Of a stretch of 64,000 nucleotides of DNA, positions 10,455 through 19,466 are shown in pieces (the stretch's first letter is position 1; each line of letters begins with the position of its first letter). The stretch spans positions 10,359 to 74,358 of the forward strand of contig CAZKRU010000007.1 of NCBI GenBank assembly GCA_964555235.1. The letters run 5' to 3'. A program made the position numbers and the translations under genes. This stretch comes from an uncultured Verrucomicrobiota bacterium (GTDB lineage Bacteria; Verrucomicrobiota; Verrucomicrobiia; Methylacidiphilales; CAMAQI01). The notes beneath the pieces were generated by a model. The model had not been told where the DNA came from, made no database searches, and was given only the letters and a program-made list of their open reading frames with translations.

Positions 10455-12740
10455 TCAGATCATTCCGCTTCCCTGAAGTCGCTGGATCAGCTCGTGCGTC
10501 GCAAGGTCGATGATTTCGATCTCCACCGGTTTTTCCTCTTGAACTTTTCCTGAAGAAAAATAGGCATCTCTCCATACGAGAACCCGAGGACGCCATAGGG
10601 TGGGATCGCCTGAGACGATGACGAGCCATTTTTTACCTTCGGGTTTCTCGATGACCTGACAGCGAACGAGTTGAGGACCGAGCTTTTTGCTCAAAAATTC
10701 GCGAAAGGAATTCGCCGTCGGAACGGATTTCTCATGACCCTCCAGCAAGGCGCGAGCTTGCTGAAGGACCGATGAGGAAGATTCTCCCCAAGGCATTCGG
10801 ATAATCCCTTTCGGCGCATCCAAAATATTTTCAACCAGCGAGCGTTTCTCCTTCAGCAACGTCAACATGCGGTGCTCGAGGGTATTTTCGCACACTAAAA
10901 AAACGGAGGTTACGGAGCGCGTCTGCGTCGGACGCCAGGCACGGGCGATCCGTTGCTCAATTCGGGTGGCAGTCCAGGGAAGATCACAGTGAATCACGAC
11001 GCTAGCTTGGGGAAGATCGAGTCCCATGCTCCCGGCATCGGTGCTGAGAAAGAGACGACAGTCAGGATCCGTTCGAAATTGCTGAACCGCTTCACGACGT
11101 CGATTCAGGGTCTGCCGTCCGGTATGCCACGCGTAATTCCAATGTCGCGATTCCGCCCGTTCCCGAACCGCCTCAAGAACGCGTTGCCATTCTGAAAAGA
11201 CAATCACTTTGGTTTCGGAATGTGCTAGCGTACTCTCGAGAATTCGTTCCAGCTCATCGACTTTCGGAAGTGGAGCGTTCTCCGGTTTGACTCCATTGAG
11301 AAAAAGTCGCATCCGGGTGAGTTGTCGAAAGAGTTTGTTACGGTTTTCCGGACGACTGGAGCGATTCAAATCGGAAAGGAGCTTTTTTGCCTCCTGTTCC
11401 ATCGCCAGATAAGTGGGGCGTTGAGAAGAGGGAAGGGGAATGGTGAAGTAGCGATCGGTGCGGTTGGGAAGTTCGTGTTCCACATCCGCTTTTTTACGAC
11501 GAAGAAGGTAAGGACGAAGTCGCTCCCGGAGTCGATCCAGATTCCGGTAACCGCAGGGACGTCCTTTGGAATTGAATTCGTAGTACTCGCGATTGAACCG
11601 AAAGAGGGGGCCGAAGAGTTCCGGATCGAGAAAATCCATCAACGAGTAAAGATCGTCGAGACGGTTTTCAATCGGCGTTCCCGTTAAAACAAAAGCATAA
11701 CGACTCTGAAGTCGCTTGATCGTTTGAGCGGTGCGCGTCTCCCAGTTTTTGATTCGTTGCGCTTCATCCAAGATAATGAGTTCCGGTCGCAGAGTTTGAT
11801 TGATGAAATCGAGTTGGCCGGGAATTTGTTCGTAGTGGGCGAGGTGAAAGAAGGTAGAAGAAGCCCCTCCGAGCGGAGAGACAGAAGCGTCACAGAGCAA
11901 TTCAACTTCCTCCAACCATTTCGTTTTCAGGCTCGCCGGAGTAATGATGAGAACCCGTTGAACGGATCCAAGTTGCTTGAGAAGGAGTGAAGCAGCGATC
12001 GCCTGGACCGTTTTTCCAAGACCCATTTCATCGGCGAGCAACGCACGCTCGCGAAACGCAAGGTGAAGCATTCCCTCCCGCTGATACGGGTAGAGCGGAA
12101 ACCGAAGCAATGGATCTCCGGTTTTTCCCAGATGAACGGATTGTTCGTAATTTTGACGTAATCGGACTCCTTCCCGAAGTCGTTCTTTGCGCGAAAGCCA
12201 ACGCGTGAGTTCCCGGGAGATACGGAGGTTGGGGATGGTGGAAGTTTGGAGAGATTCAATCACTTCGGTCGGGTCGGAAGAAAGTAAAATTCCTTCTGGC
12301 GAGAATGCTTTTTTCCAAAAAGGAGGAAGCTGATCCAAGCCGCGCTCGATGCGAAGCGTCTCTTCCGCCAGATCGACCGTCATTTCAATTCGGGGGGAGG
12401 GTGGGGGAGTGACGCCTGCTTCGCCGGTCGGATTCCAAAGGGGCTCTATGCGGCGAATGACTGCCGCCGCGTGCTTGCAAATCCCAAGACCGTTCACACG
12501 AAAGTCAGGACAGGTACAAAAGACGGGACCATGAGGAAGCCCACGAATTTCAACTTCGTAACGGGAACCGCTGGCTCCGATCACTTCAAAATCGCCATAG
12601 ATGGAGACTTCCGGAGTGAGTGAGCGAATCTTCATCCGCTCCTGACTTCCGCGAAGCAGGCGCTTCGCCCGCTCTTGGGCGTCCGTCGTCCGCCAATCGT
12701 CCGAGGAACGCGATACTCGTGAAGCTGGACTAGAATCCAT
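10455..12740 (-). CDS. SWIM zinc finger / SNF2-family helicase
   Basis: SWIM CTCPDF...CKH; LADEMGLGKT, ILDEAQRIKN, LTGTPIEN, STDAGSMGLDL and QRIARAWR motifs. Confidence 0.92.
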   Translation of the reverse strand: MDSSPASRVSRSSDDWRTTDAQERAKRLLRGSQERMKIRSLTPEVSIYGDFEVIGASGSRYEVEIRGLPHGPVFCTCPDFRVNGLGICKHAAAVIRRIEPLWNPTGEAGVTPPPSPRIEMTVDLAEETLRIERGLDQLPPFWKKAFSPEGILLSSDPTEVIESLQTSTIPNLRISRELTRWLSRKERLREGVRLRQNYEQSVHLGKTGDPLLRFPLYPYQREGMLHLAFRERALLADEMGLGKTVQAIAASLLLKQLGSVQRVLIITPASLKTKWLEEVELLCDASVSPLGGASSTFFHLAHYEQIPGQLDFINQTLRPELIILDEAQRIKNWETRTAQTIKRLQSRYAFVLTGTPIENRLDDLYSLMDFLDPELFGPLFRFNREYYEFNSKGRPCGYRNLDRLRERLRPYLLRRKKADVEHELPNRTDRYFTIPLPSSQRPTYLAMEQEAKKLLSDLNRSSRPENRNKLFRQLTRMRLFLNGVKPENAPLPKVDELERILESTLAHSETKVIVFSEWQRVLEAVRERAESRHWNYAWHTGRQTLNRRREAVQQFRTDPDCRLFLSTDAGSMGLDLPQASVVIHCDLPWTATRIEQRIARAWRPTQTRSVTSVFLVCENTLEHRMLTLLKEKRSLVENILDAPKGIIRMPWGESSSSVLQQARALLEGHEKSVPTANSFREFLSKKLGPQLVRCQVIEKPEGKKWLVIVSGDPTLWRPRVLVWRDAYFSSGKVQEEKPVEIEIIDLATHELIQRLQGSGMI

Positions 12741-12780
12741 CGCAAAACCCTAACCAGCTAAGAGAGAGAACCAAGATCTT

Positions 12781-12927
12781 TCTCGCGCAGAAAACCCTTC
12801 TGAAAGAAAAAACTCCCCTGGCCGGAGGCCCGATTGGTTTGGTGCGAGGGCGAAGGGGGGCACAACCGCCGTGCTCGCAGAGGGCAAAAAAAGTTTTCTC
12901 AGCGGACTCGGCGATCTCTGCGCGAAA
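12781..12927. repeat. Intergenic REP-like inverted repeat
   Basis: TCTCGCGCAGA ... TCTGCGCGAAA ends flanking a GC-rich interior. Confidence 0.4.
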
Positions 12928-12937
12928 ATAATCAGTA

Positions 12938-13951
12938 TTAAGCGAAAACAGCCGCGCGTTTTGCGCGTCCCGGACGGGATCCTCGGACGGGAGTCGTTGA
13001 CTTCTCTGGGCGAGGGGAACGCATCATCGAGCGGTTGTAGGAAGGAGGATGCGAGTAGTCGCGCAACGTCGCTTCATGCAGCGCAAGCTCTTCTTTTGCC
13101 TGAGCGAGCTCCAACTCGTAGCCTTTACGAAGCTTGGCGATGGATCCTTTGCGGCGACGATCCTCACGATTTTTCGAGAATCCCCAAGCGGGCTGGTTTT
13201 TAAAGTGGTTTAATTCACGATCTAATTGAGAGCGCTTTTGTTCCAGATAATCAGAGACCCGGATTAACATCGAAACGGTCGGTTCGCTATCCGCAAAGCA
13301 TTCTTCGGCATCGCAGAGAAGAGAGATTTTCTCGAGCTCCGAATGATTTTCTCCCAGATAAGCCTGCTGGGCATCGAACCAGAGGGAATCCATTTGTGAG
13401 GTATGAATTTTTCGAATATCCGGATGCAAGCGACGAACGAGTTGACGGTAAAGCGATTTAAAGGAATCGACGGAATGGGCCTTTTTAGGGGCCTGCTTTT
13501 TCAAAATGCCGGGGCGAAAACCGAACATCCGTTCAAAGGTATCATTGATTTCGTCTTCTTCCGTCTCCGGCTCCGGAGCCGCCTTCGGATTAACACCGAG
13601 CTTCTCGCGTTGAATCTGGACCCGTTGATATGCCTGATGATGGGTCAATCCAAAGCGAAGCGCGACGAGATCGACTTCGACAATGAGGTTCTGCTTGGCC
13701 GCCGCCTGATTCTTCGCATTTTGAAGCTCTTGAAGCAATGGGCCGAATTCTGTCTTCAGCCAGCGCTCGTAAGCCGGCTCATCTTCTTCCGTAAAACGAT
13801 GAATCTGTTCTTGAACCGATTGAATGGAGTTCAGGAGTTTTTTGTAACGATGACGCGCTTCCTTTCGAATCGGCGCATTCGGGATCAGGATCAGCGAGTA
13901 GTTGGGTTGAGGAAGGGTGGAAATCGATGAGCGTTTTTTACGTTTCGTCAC
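12938..13951 (-). CDS. J-domain-containing coiled-coil protein (start uncertain)
   Basis: FKSLYRQLVRRLHPD J-domain HPD motif flanked by coiled coils. Confidence 0.75.
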   Translation of the reverse strand: MTKRKKRSSISTLPQPNYSLILIPNAPIRKEARHRYKKLLNSIQSVQEQIHRFTEEDEPAYERWLKTEFGPLLQELQNAKNQAAAKQNLIVEVDLVALRFGLTHHQAYQRVQIQREKLGVNPKAAPEPETEEDEINDTFERMFGFRPGILKKQAPKKAHSVDSFKSLYRQLVRRLHPDIRKIHTSQMDSLWFDAQQAYLGENHSELEKISLLCDAEECFADSEPTVSMLIRVSDYLEQKRSQLDRELNHFKNQPAWGFSKNREDRRRKGSIAKLRKGYELELAQAKEELALHEATLRDYSHPPSYNRSMMRSPRPEKSTTPVRGSRPGRAKRAAVFA

Positions 13952-14035
13952 AGGAATGGCACTATAGCCCAAGATTGAAAAAATGCTAGTCAATGATTTG
14001 AATGCGCCAAATGGGAGGCAATTTCCAGTCAATCT

Positions 14036-14063
14036 ATTTTATATGACATATACTATAGGTCAT
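14036..14063 (-). other. Left junction (attL): dif-like site with XerD arm and spacer identical to the right copy but a degenerate XerC arm
   Basis: Minus strand ATGACCTATAG-TATATG-TCATATAAAAT; 14034-14052 is identical to 42682-42700. Confidence 0.8.
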
Positions 14064-14141
14064 ACAGTAGTCCCCGAAACCCGCTTTTATATTTATTTGA
14101 AATTACACGATTTGCAAGATGAAGTTTAAAAATTCTTAAAC

Positions 14142-14160
14142 ATAGTATATTACTATTATA
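14142..14160 (-). promoter_or_regulatory. Leftward TATAAT (-10-like) overlapping palindromic operator ATAGTA-TAT-TACTAT
   Basis: Minus-strand TATAAT at 14160-14155; operator 14142-14156 in the AT-rich left end of the island; no clear -35. Confidence 0.45.
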
Positions 14161-14289
14161 GGCGTTCCTCAATTAAATTTTCTAAATTTATTTTCAGCAT
14201 CTACCAATGAAAACATTCAATCGCAAGAATGCAATTAGAATGTAACCACTACTACTATACTATGATAGTATTTTGTCGCTTGCGTGGTC

Positions 14290-14814
14290 TTACAGGGTAA
14301 AGGTATGGGTTTTGTGCTCGTCGCCGTAAATCATCATGAAGTCGGTATCGACGCCTTTCAAGGGAAACCTCAAGGAACAGGCTCTAACGCTAATAGGATT
14401 TAACGGGCAGCGATCGAGGTAATTCCAAGGAGCATAATCGAAGCGGATCACTGAGCGATGCTGGAAGTACATTCCCTTGTGAAAGGTCTTCTTGGTGCGA
14501 TAACCGTATTTTTCCGGGTTCTGTCCAAAGCGCCTTTTGTGGAACTCGATGTCGATACAAAGGTCGGTAACGATTTTCTTGTACCGGGACTCATAAGGCT
14601 GAATGAGATACCGGTGAAGCTGTGGAGAAATATAGCATTGCTCGGCCACATGGAAATATTCGCAAATAAAGGAGATGTCCACGAAGTCTTTTAGGAGGTG
14701 GACGGTTTTATCCGACTTACCGATATTCTCGTGAACAAATGCATTTTCGTTCTGGGGAGGCAAATCCGAGTTTGAATTGCTCTTGGGAAAGAAGGATTTG
14801 ATGAAGTCTTTCAT
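14290..14814 (-). CDS. Hypothetical protein, last gene of the parA operon
   Basis: 174-aa ORF translationally coupled (ATGA overlap) to the AAA ATPase. Confidence 0.65.
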   Translation of the reverse strand: MKDFIKSFFPKSNSNSDLPPQNENAFVHENIGKSDKTVHLLKDFVDISFICEYFHVAEQCYISPQLHRYLIQPYESRYKKIVTDLCIDIEFHKRRFGQNPEKYGYRTKKTFHKGMYFQHRSVIRFDYAPWNYLDRCPLNPISVRACSLRFPLKGVDTDFMMIYGDEHKTHTFTL

Positions 14815-15719
14815 GGGATGATCTGGAATTTGAGGTTTTCGTGCGAGTATTCGAGTTTGCCGCTGTGGTGCTGTTTGGAGAGGATCCCGTCAGCAATCGC
14901 TTTGCGGATGTGAAATTGAATGACGTTACGGAGATTTCTGGCTCCGTATTTGTCATCATAGCCCAAGTCCAGAAGCCGGTTGAGAGCGACAGCGGAGGCC
15001 GTGATCTCAAAACCCTGCTCTTCACGCAAGCGTCTAATTTCTTTATCAACCATCAGGGCGCAAATACGGCGTTGGTCTTCAAGGGTAAGCTTGTTATAGA
15101 CAATCATGTTCCTGAATCGGCGAATGAATTCGGGTCGGAACTCTCTGGCGACTTGTTGCTGAACATAGTCGCGGATCCGAGAAAAAGGAACGTAGTGGCT
15201 ATCCACGATTTTCGCGGAGCCGATATTGGAGGTCATGATGAGGTAGAAATTCCTCAAATCGATCGTTTTACCATCCCCAACCGTGATCCGTCTCTCGTCG
15301 TAGATCTGGAGAAATAGATCTCGAATGTCTGGATGAGCCTTTTCTATTTCGTCGAATAGGATTACGCCTTTCGTGGCATTGCCTAAACTGCGGCCCAGTC
15401 GGCCAATGTTCCCCGTATGATCCCCGATGAAGTTTTTGATCGAGTCTTGGTGTTTGAATTCTGACATATCAAACGGGTAATAGCACTCAGAGTCAAATAG
15501 GACTGCGGCGATTGCCTTTGAGGTTTCGGTTTTTCCGACTCCGGTAGGCCCAAGAAAGAAGAAGCATCCTTTCGGCTCCTCGGACGAGGTAAGATTGAGC
15601 TCCCCTTGAATAATGACTTGAGCGACCTCATGAATAGCATCGTCTTGACCGATGACCCTAGCTCTGAGTTTTGCCTCAAAGGAGTTGATGCGATCGATGA
15701 ATTCAGGCTCAAGCTTCAT
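14811..15719 (-). CDS. Stand-alone ClpA/ClpB D2-type AAA+ ATPase
   Basis: RVIGQDDAI, FLGPTGVGKTE (Walker A), DMSEF, ILFDEIEKAHP (Walker B), FRPEF, GARNLR; no N-domain or D1. Confidence 0.88.
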   Translation of the reverse strand: MKLEPEFIDRINSFEAKLRARVIGQDDAIHEVAQVIIQGELNLTSSEEPKGCFFFLGPTGVGKTETSKAIAAVLFDSECYYPFDMSEFKHQDSIKNFIGDHTGNIGRLGRSLGNATKGVILFDEIEKAHPDIRDLFLQIYDERRITVGDGKTIDLRNFYLIMTSNIGSAKIVDSHYVPFSRIRDYVQQQVAREFRPEFIRRFRNMIVYNKLTLEDQRRICALMVDKEIRRLREEQGFEITASAVALNRLLDLGYDDKYGARNLRNVIQFHIRKAIADGILSKQHHSGKLEYSHENLKFQIIP

Positions 15720-16050
15720 TTGTGCTTTCAGTGGATAGGTTTTTTTTCTTGAATCGTGCACGTCGCCGGTCGTTCTGAATGACTTTATCGGAATCCTCCT
15801 TTAGGGTGGAATCGACCGCACACCGATTGATGCAAAGATTGATGAGCTGCGATTGGTTGAGCTTTATCCCAAAGTTAAGGAGCGTTGCATCGATCTCCTT
15901 GAGTTTCTGTAGCTGCTCCTCCTGTGCGACAACTTGGAGCCGCGCAGAGGTTGCGCTGGTTAAATAGGTTTGAGTCCTGGGGTGGTTTGAGGGCGCATAG
16001 AACCGAATCACTTTTTTGAGACCGGCAACGTGTTTTTTATCGAGGGCCAT
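15709..16050 (-). CDS. Small basic protein downstream of parA (candidate centromere-binding or regulatory partner)
   Basis: 113 aa; RBS AAAGGA; position next to parA; LNQSQLINLCI helix is compatible with a ribbon-helix-helix fold (inference). Confidence 0.55.
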   Translation of the reverse strand: MALDKKHVAGLKKVIRFYAPSNHPRTQTYLTSATSARLQVVAQEEQLQKLKEIDATLLNFGIKLNQSQLINLCINRCAVDSTLKEDSDKVIQNDRRRARFKKKNLSTESTNEA

Positions 16051-16093
16051 GATCTATCCTTTCGTAGTAAGTTAGTAATATACTATTACAGTA

Positions 16094-16654
16094 TTATTTA
16101 ATGGCAAGCGTCAAGATCTCCATGACGATCGACTGGAGTTCAATCTTTCCGGATTTGGAGAGCGAGCTCCAGCCTTGCATTACGGAATGCTGATACTCCT
16201 GCTTGCGGTGGAGTTTGGATTCAAGAGCCGAGACCCCCAAGCTCTCCGCGAATTCATCGATGTTGTTGGAAAGGATTGTCCCCTTCTCCACTTGGTTGAA
16301 GATGAGGTAGAGCGGGGTTTGAACCATGTCACGGATCCTCCGGATCGTCGCACTGGAGGTTTTCAAATCTGCTGGGGAAGGAGACGTGACAAGGAACAGG
16401 TGAGTCGCTTGATGAACCGCTTTGATCCAAGCCGCACTGTCGAAATCCGGAGGGGTATCAACAAATGCGATGTCGGAATCATTTTGAGGCTGATCTGGAG
16501 CAACTTGCTGCCACCACTCGGTTGCAGTCTGCTGCTTGTCGCAATCGATAATTCTGACTTGTTTCTTGAGGTGGTGCAGCGCGAGAGCGCACCCGACCGT
16601 GAGGGTAGTTTTTCCGACGCCGCCTTTGCCGTTGACGAATGTAATGTACTTCAT
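16094..16654 (-). CDS. parA: ParA-family ATPase (short, type Ib-like)
   Basis: KGGVGKTT deviant Walker A, IIDCDKQ, FVDTPP. Confidence 0.9.
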   Translation of the reverse strand: MKYITFVNGKGGVGKTTLTVGCALALHHLKKQVRIIDCDKQQTATEWWQQVAPDQPQNDSDIAFVDTPPDFDSAAWIKAVHQATHLFLVTSPSPADLKTSSATIRRIRDMVQTPLYLIFNQVEKGTILSNNIDEFAESLGVSALESKLHRKQEYQHSVMQGWSSLSKSGKIELQSIVMEILTLAIK

Positions 16655-16725
16655 TTGAGACGAATCCTTTTGGTTAAGAGTTAAAGAGGCGATTCGTTCT
16701 CGCAAAAGCTTACTAAGATAGTAGG

Positions 16726-16740
16726 ATAGTATATTACTAT
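16726..16740. promoter_or_regulatory. Palindromic operator ATAGTATATTACTAT between divergent parA and ORF16783
   Basis: The same 13-bp core occurs at 14143 and 17303 and, inverted, at 16073. Confidence 0.65.
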
Positions 16741-16782
16741 ACTATTCTAGTCAAGTGAAAATTCTCTTGCGATTATTTCGAT

Positions 16783-17277
16783 ATGAATAATCGAGTCAGA
16801 ATCGAAATGGACTGGGATTTATATGTAAAGCTAAAGGAATTCTTTTGCACAGTGGAGTGTGAGTTTATGGAGGATAAAAAACCTCTTGAAATAACGGATT
16901 CATATTTTCCAGCGTGGAAGTTTTACTTTGATAAAAGGGGGTATCACCGAATGAGCTGTGCAGAGTTTCGAGAAGCGGCACGAAGTGGTGTGTTTTTTCA
17001 AGGAACCGTTTTAAGAACATTCTTTGGTCGAGACAAATGGGAGCCCGATGGATTTACTGTTAATTTCTACTGGGAAAACAAGCGTTTTGAAAGCGGCATA
17101 ATTATCGCGGTCGATCATGAGGATCTCCTTGAGAAGATGAGATCAAGAATTCGCTATTACGGTCTATCGCCTCTGCAACTGGAACATTTTTATGCCTCGA
17201 TAGAATCGAGTTTGATGAAGATTCCGAAAGCGTTTCGGCGTCGGCAGCTTTTCAGCTTTCCTCGCAAGGCTGATTAG
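16783..17277 (+). CDS. Hypothetical protein (island cargo)
   Basis: 164-aa ORF with no competing ORF in this interval. Confidence 0.55.
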   Translation: MNNRVRIEMDWDLYVKLKEFFCTVECEFMEDKKPLEITDSYFPAWKFYFDKRGYHRMSCAEFREAARSGVFFQGTVLRTFFGRDKWEPDGFTVNFYWENKRFESGIIIAVDHEDLLEKMRSRIRYYGLSPLQLEHFYASIESSLMKIPKAFRRRQLFSFPRKAD

Positions 17278-17383
17278 CGAGATTCCAGACAGCTAGATAA
17301 GATAGTATATTACTATAAATAGGTGTTAAACGAAAATAATGAAGGTCTTGAACTCGTTCACATGATGCGTCTATTCTTGGGTA

Positions 17384-17851
17384 ATGAGACTCAATCCAAT
17401 TTACTTCGATGAAGAGACAATATTCAAGAATGGAGGCATTAGCATTACAGACCTTCGTTTAATAACTCCATTGGGCGCGTGCCCAATTGACTACGTGGAA
17501 TCTTTTGAAATAGTTCCCAATAATCGGGCACAAATGAAGCAAACATGGTGTGATTGGCTGGCAGGCATTTCTGCTTCTTTACTTTTACCGTTTGCGATTT
17601 GCTGTGCTGTGAAATTCCCGATTTTTGTAAATGTTAGCATTCTGGTGTTGGCTGCTCTTTTGTGTTTAAGATCTCTTCACTACATGCACTCAGCGAGACG
17701 AGCTCGTAGCTCGAATTTTGAAATTTATGCCAACTGCAATAGCGGCCATCGGCTACTGGTTGAAAATTTCGAAAATTACGAGGATGCGAGTTATTGGTGT
17801 GCTGAATACTGTCGCTATCTTTGTAAAGCAAGGGACTTTAAACGAGATTAA
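17384..17851 (+). CDS. Membrane protein, DUF6232-like
   Basis: EETIFKNGGISITDLRLI N-terminus followed by two TM helices. Confidence 0.55.
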   Translation: MRLNPIYFDEETIFKNGGISITDLRLITPLGACPIDYVESFEIVPNNRAQMKQTWCDWLAGISASLLLPFAICCAVKFPIFVNVSILVLAALLCLRSLHYMHSARRARSSNFEIYANCNSGHRLLVENFENYEDASYWCAEYCRYLCKARDFKRD

Positions 17852-17886
17852 TATTTATCTATGAAATCGCGGCCAAGTAGCCGCAA

Positions 17887-19452
17887 CTATTCCTTTTCCG
17901 ACAAATCCTCAGCCGTCTCACAATCCGCATCATCAGGCCTCGGTGCAGTGAACCCGGTGGGAAGAAGCTTGGTTTTGCTGTATCCTTTTTCGCAGTGAAT
18001 CATGTAGCACTCAAATCGCTTGAGTCTCCGTAAAAGCTCATGGTGCACTTTTGGCTTCCACGCTTCCTGTTTCGAGGTCGACCGCTTACCGCCAGACCAA
18101 GAGACAGAGTGATTCCAGTCTTCTTTTTCTCCCAGTCGCTCAGAGGCTGATTTCGCCCCGTAGGTGTTGGCAGCCTTGAAAACCAGTTCGTTTGAGAGAT
18201 TGAGGAGGGTTTCCTCTTTGGCGTCATCGCCGATGCGATTCTTGATCGAGGATTCACCTTGGGTAAGGAAAAGAGCTGTGGCGTAGAATTCACGAATCAT
18301 GGCAAGGGCCTTATAAATGGCCATTCCGTCTTTATTCTTGGTCATGATATTCTGGGCCTCGTCTGCAACGTAGATAATCAGGTTCTTTCGCACCCGGACT
18401 TTTTGCGGGAGGGAGGCACGAGAGAGGGCGTGTTCTGCATACTGATTGAAGATGAGAGTCTCGATCGCTGCCTTGGATCTGGAAAACTCCGGAGGAACCG
18501 AGACGCAAAGAATTTTACCGTCATCGATCATTTCGATCCGAGCATTTGGATTCTCCGATGAAAAAACCTCGACGAGTGCGGGATGGGTGTAGGGCTCAAG
18601 CGAATTAGTGATGGTAGTGAGATGTCCGCCACGTTCTTCTTCTGGGATGCCGATAAACTTTTCGGAAAAATGGTTGAAGATGTCGTTGGCTTGGTTTCCG
18701 TCGTAAACGTTATTTTCTTTAAAAAGCCGGTCGGCATGAATCGCCAGTTGATTCAGTTTCTTCTCAAGAGTCGAAAGTGAGGTGAGGGTGCGGAAGAGTT
18801 TGTCTAAGGTCGGAGCCTCATTGAGAATCCGGAAGAGATTGATTCCATTTTTGATGTGGAGGTAGGCCATGCTCTTGAAGTGATCCGAGGATCCACCAGA
18901 ACCGATTCGACCTTGAGATTCGGCAGTATCGATAATTGCGGCCGCATAAGTTTCAGCAAGGATGATCGGATTCCCGATGAGGTTCATAAAGAATTCCGGT
19001 CGAAAGGCCGGATTGTGAACGGTGCGAGTACGAACGACGAGCGGCTTGCTCATCATTTTGAAATGCTTGGCCATCGCGAGAATCATTTCTTGCTCGTGAC
19101 CTTTGGAACAGGTGAAGACGCATCCAAAATCCGGACACCGCTGAAAGAGCTGCGGTAATATCGTACAAAGCCCCACAGCGGTCTTTCCGGAGCCGGTCTT
19201 TCCGGTAACGAGCCATCCACGAATAAAGTCTTCGAGTGTCCAGCTCATGTTCCCAATGACGCAGACGACTTGTTTAAGTCGGTCCGTCTGGGTGACGGTT
19301 CCATCTCCGAAGCACCCCCATGCAAACCAAGTGGCCATGATGATGAAGAGATACGGCACAAAGAAGAACATCCCTCCGAAAACGTCCCAGAGGACGAAGG
19401 CTGCCGCGCCAAAGACGAAAGCGAAAAGTCCTGAGAAAAGCTTCTGTTTCAT
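17887..19452 (-). CDS. virD4: Type IV coupling protein (VirD4/TraG-like)
   Basis: Two N-terminal TM helices, GWLVTGKTGSGKT Walker A, YVADEAQN Walker B, LFLTQG...NLSNELVF. Confidence 0.85.
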   Translation of the reverse strand: MKQKLFSGLFAFVFGAAAFVLWDVFGGMFFFVPYLFIIMATWFAWGCFGDGTVTQTDRLKQVVCVIGNMSWTLEDFIRGWLVTGKTGSGKTAVGLCTILPQLFQRCPDFGCVFTCSKGHEQEMILAMAKHFKMMSKPLVVRTRTVHNPAFRPEFFMNLIGNPIILAETYAAAIIDTAESQGRIGSGGSSDHFKSMAYLHIKNGINLFRILNEAPTLDKLFRTLTSLSTLEKKLNQLAIHADRLFKENNVYDGNQANDIFNHFSEKFIGIPEEERGGHLTTITNSLEPYTHPALVEVFSSENPNARIEMIDDGKILCVSVPPEFSRSKAAIETLIFNQYAEHALSRASLPQKVRVRKNLIIYVADEAQNIMTKNKDGMAIYKALAMIREFYATALFLTQGESSIKNRIGDDAKEETLLNLSNELVFKAANTYGAKSASERLGEKEDWNHSVSWSGGKRSTSKQEAWKPKVHHELLRRLKRFECYMIHCEKGYSKTKLLPTGFTAPRPDDADCETAEDLSEKE

Positions 19453-19466
19453 ATAATACTATCTTA

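Noticed and set aside
14034-14052. Direct repeat as a tRNA 3'-end att site
   Set aside because: No tRNA-like sequence (T-loop GTTCGA, CCA end) at either boundary; the dif architecture fits better.
14811-15719. ClpV / type VI secretion system
   Set aside because: Only one AAA domain, and no Hcp, VgrG or sheath genes in the window.
10455-15719. SNF2 helicase + J-domain + Clp ATPase as one defence or chaperone system
   Set aside because: The att boundary at ~14040 separates the ATPase from the two host genes; the adjacency is probably coincidental.
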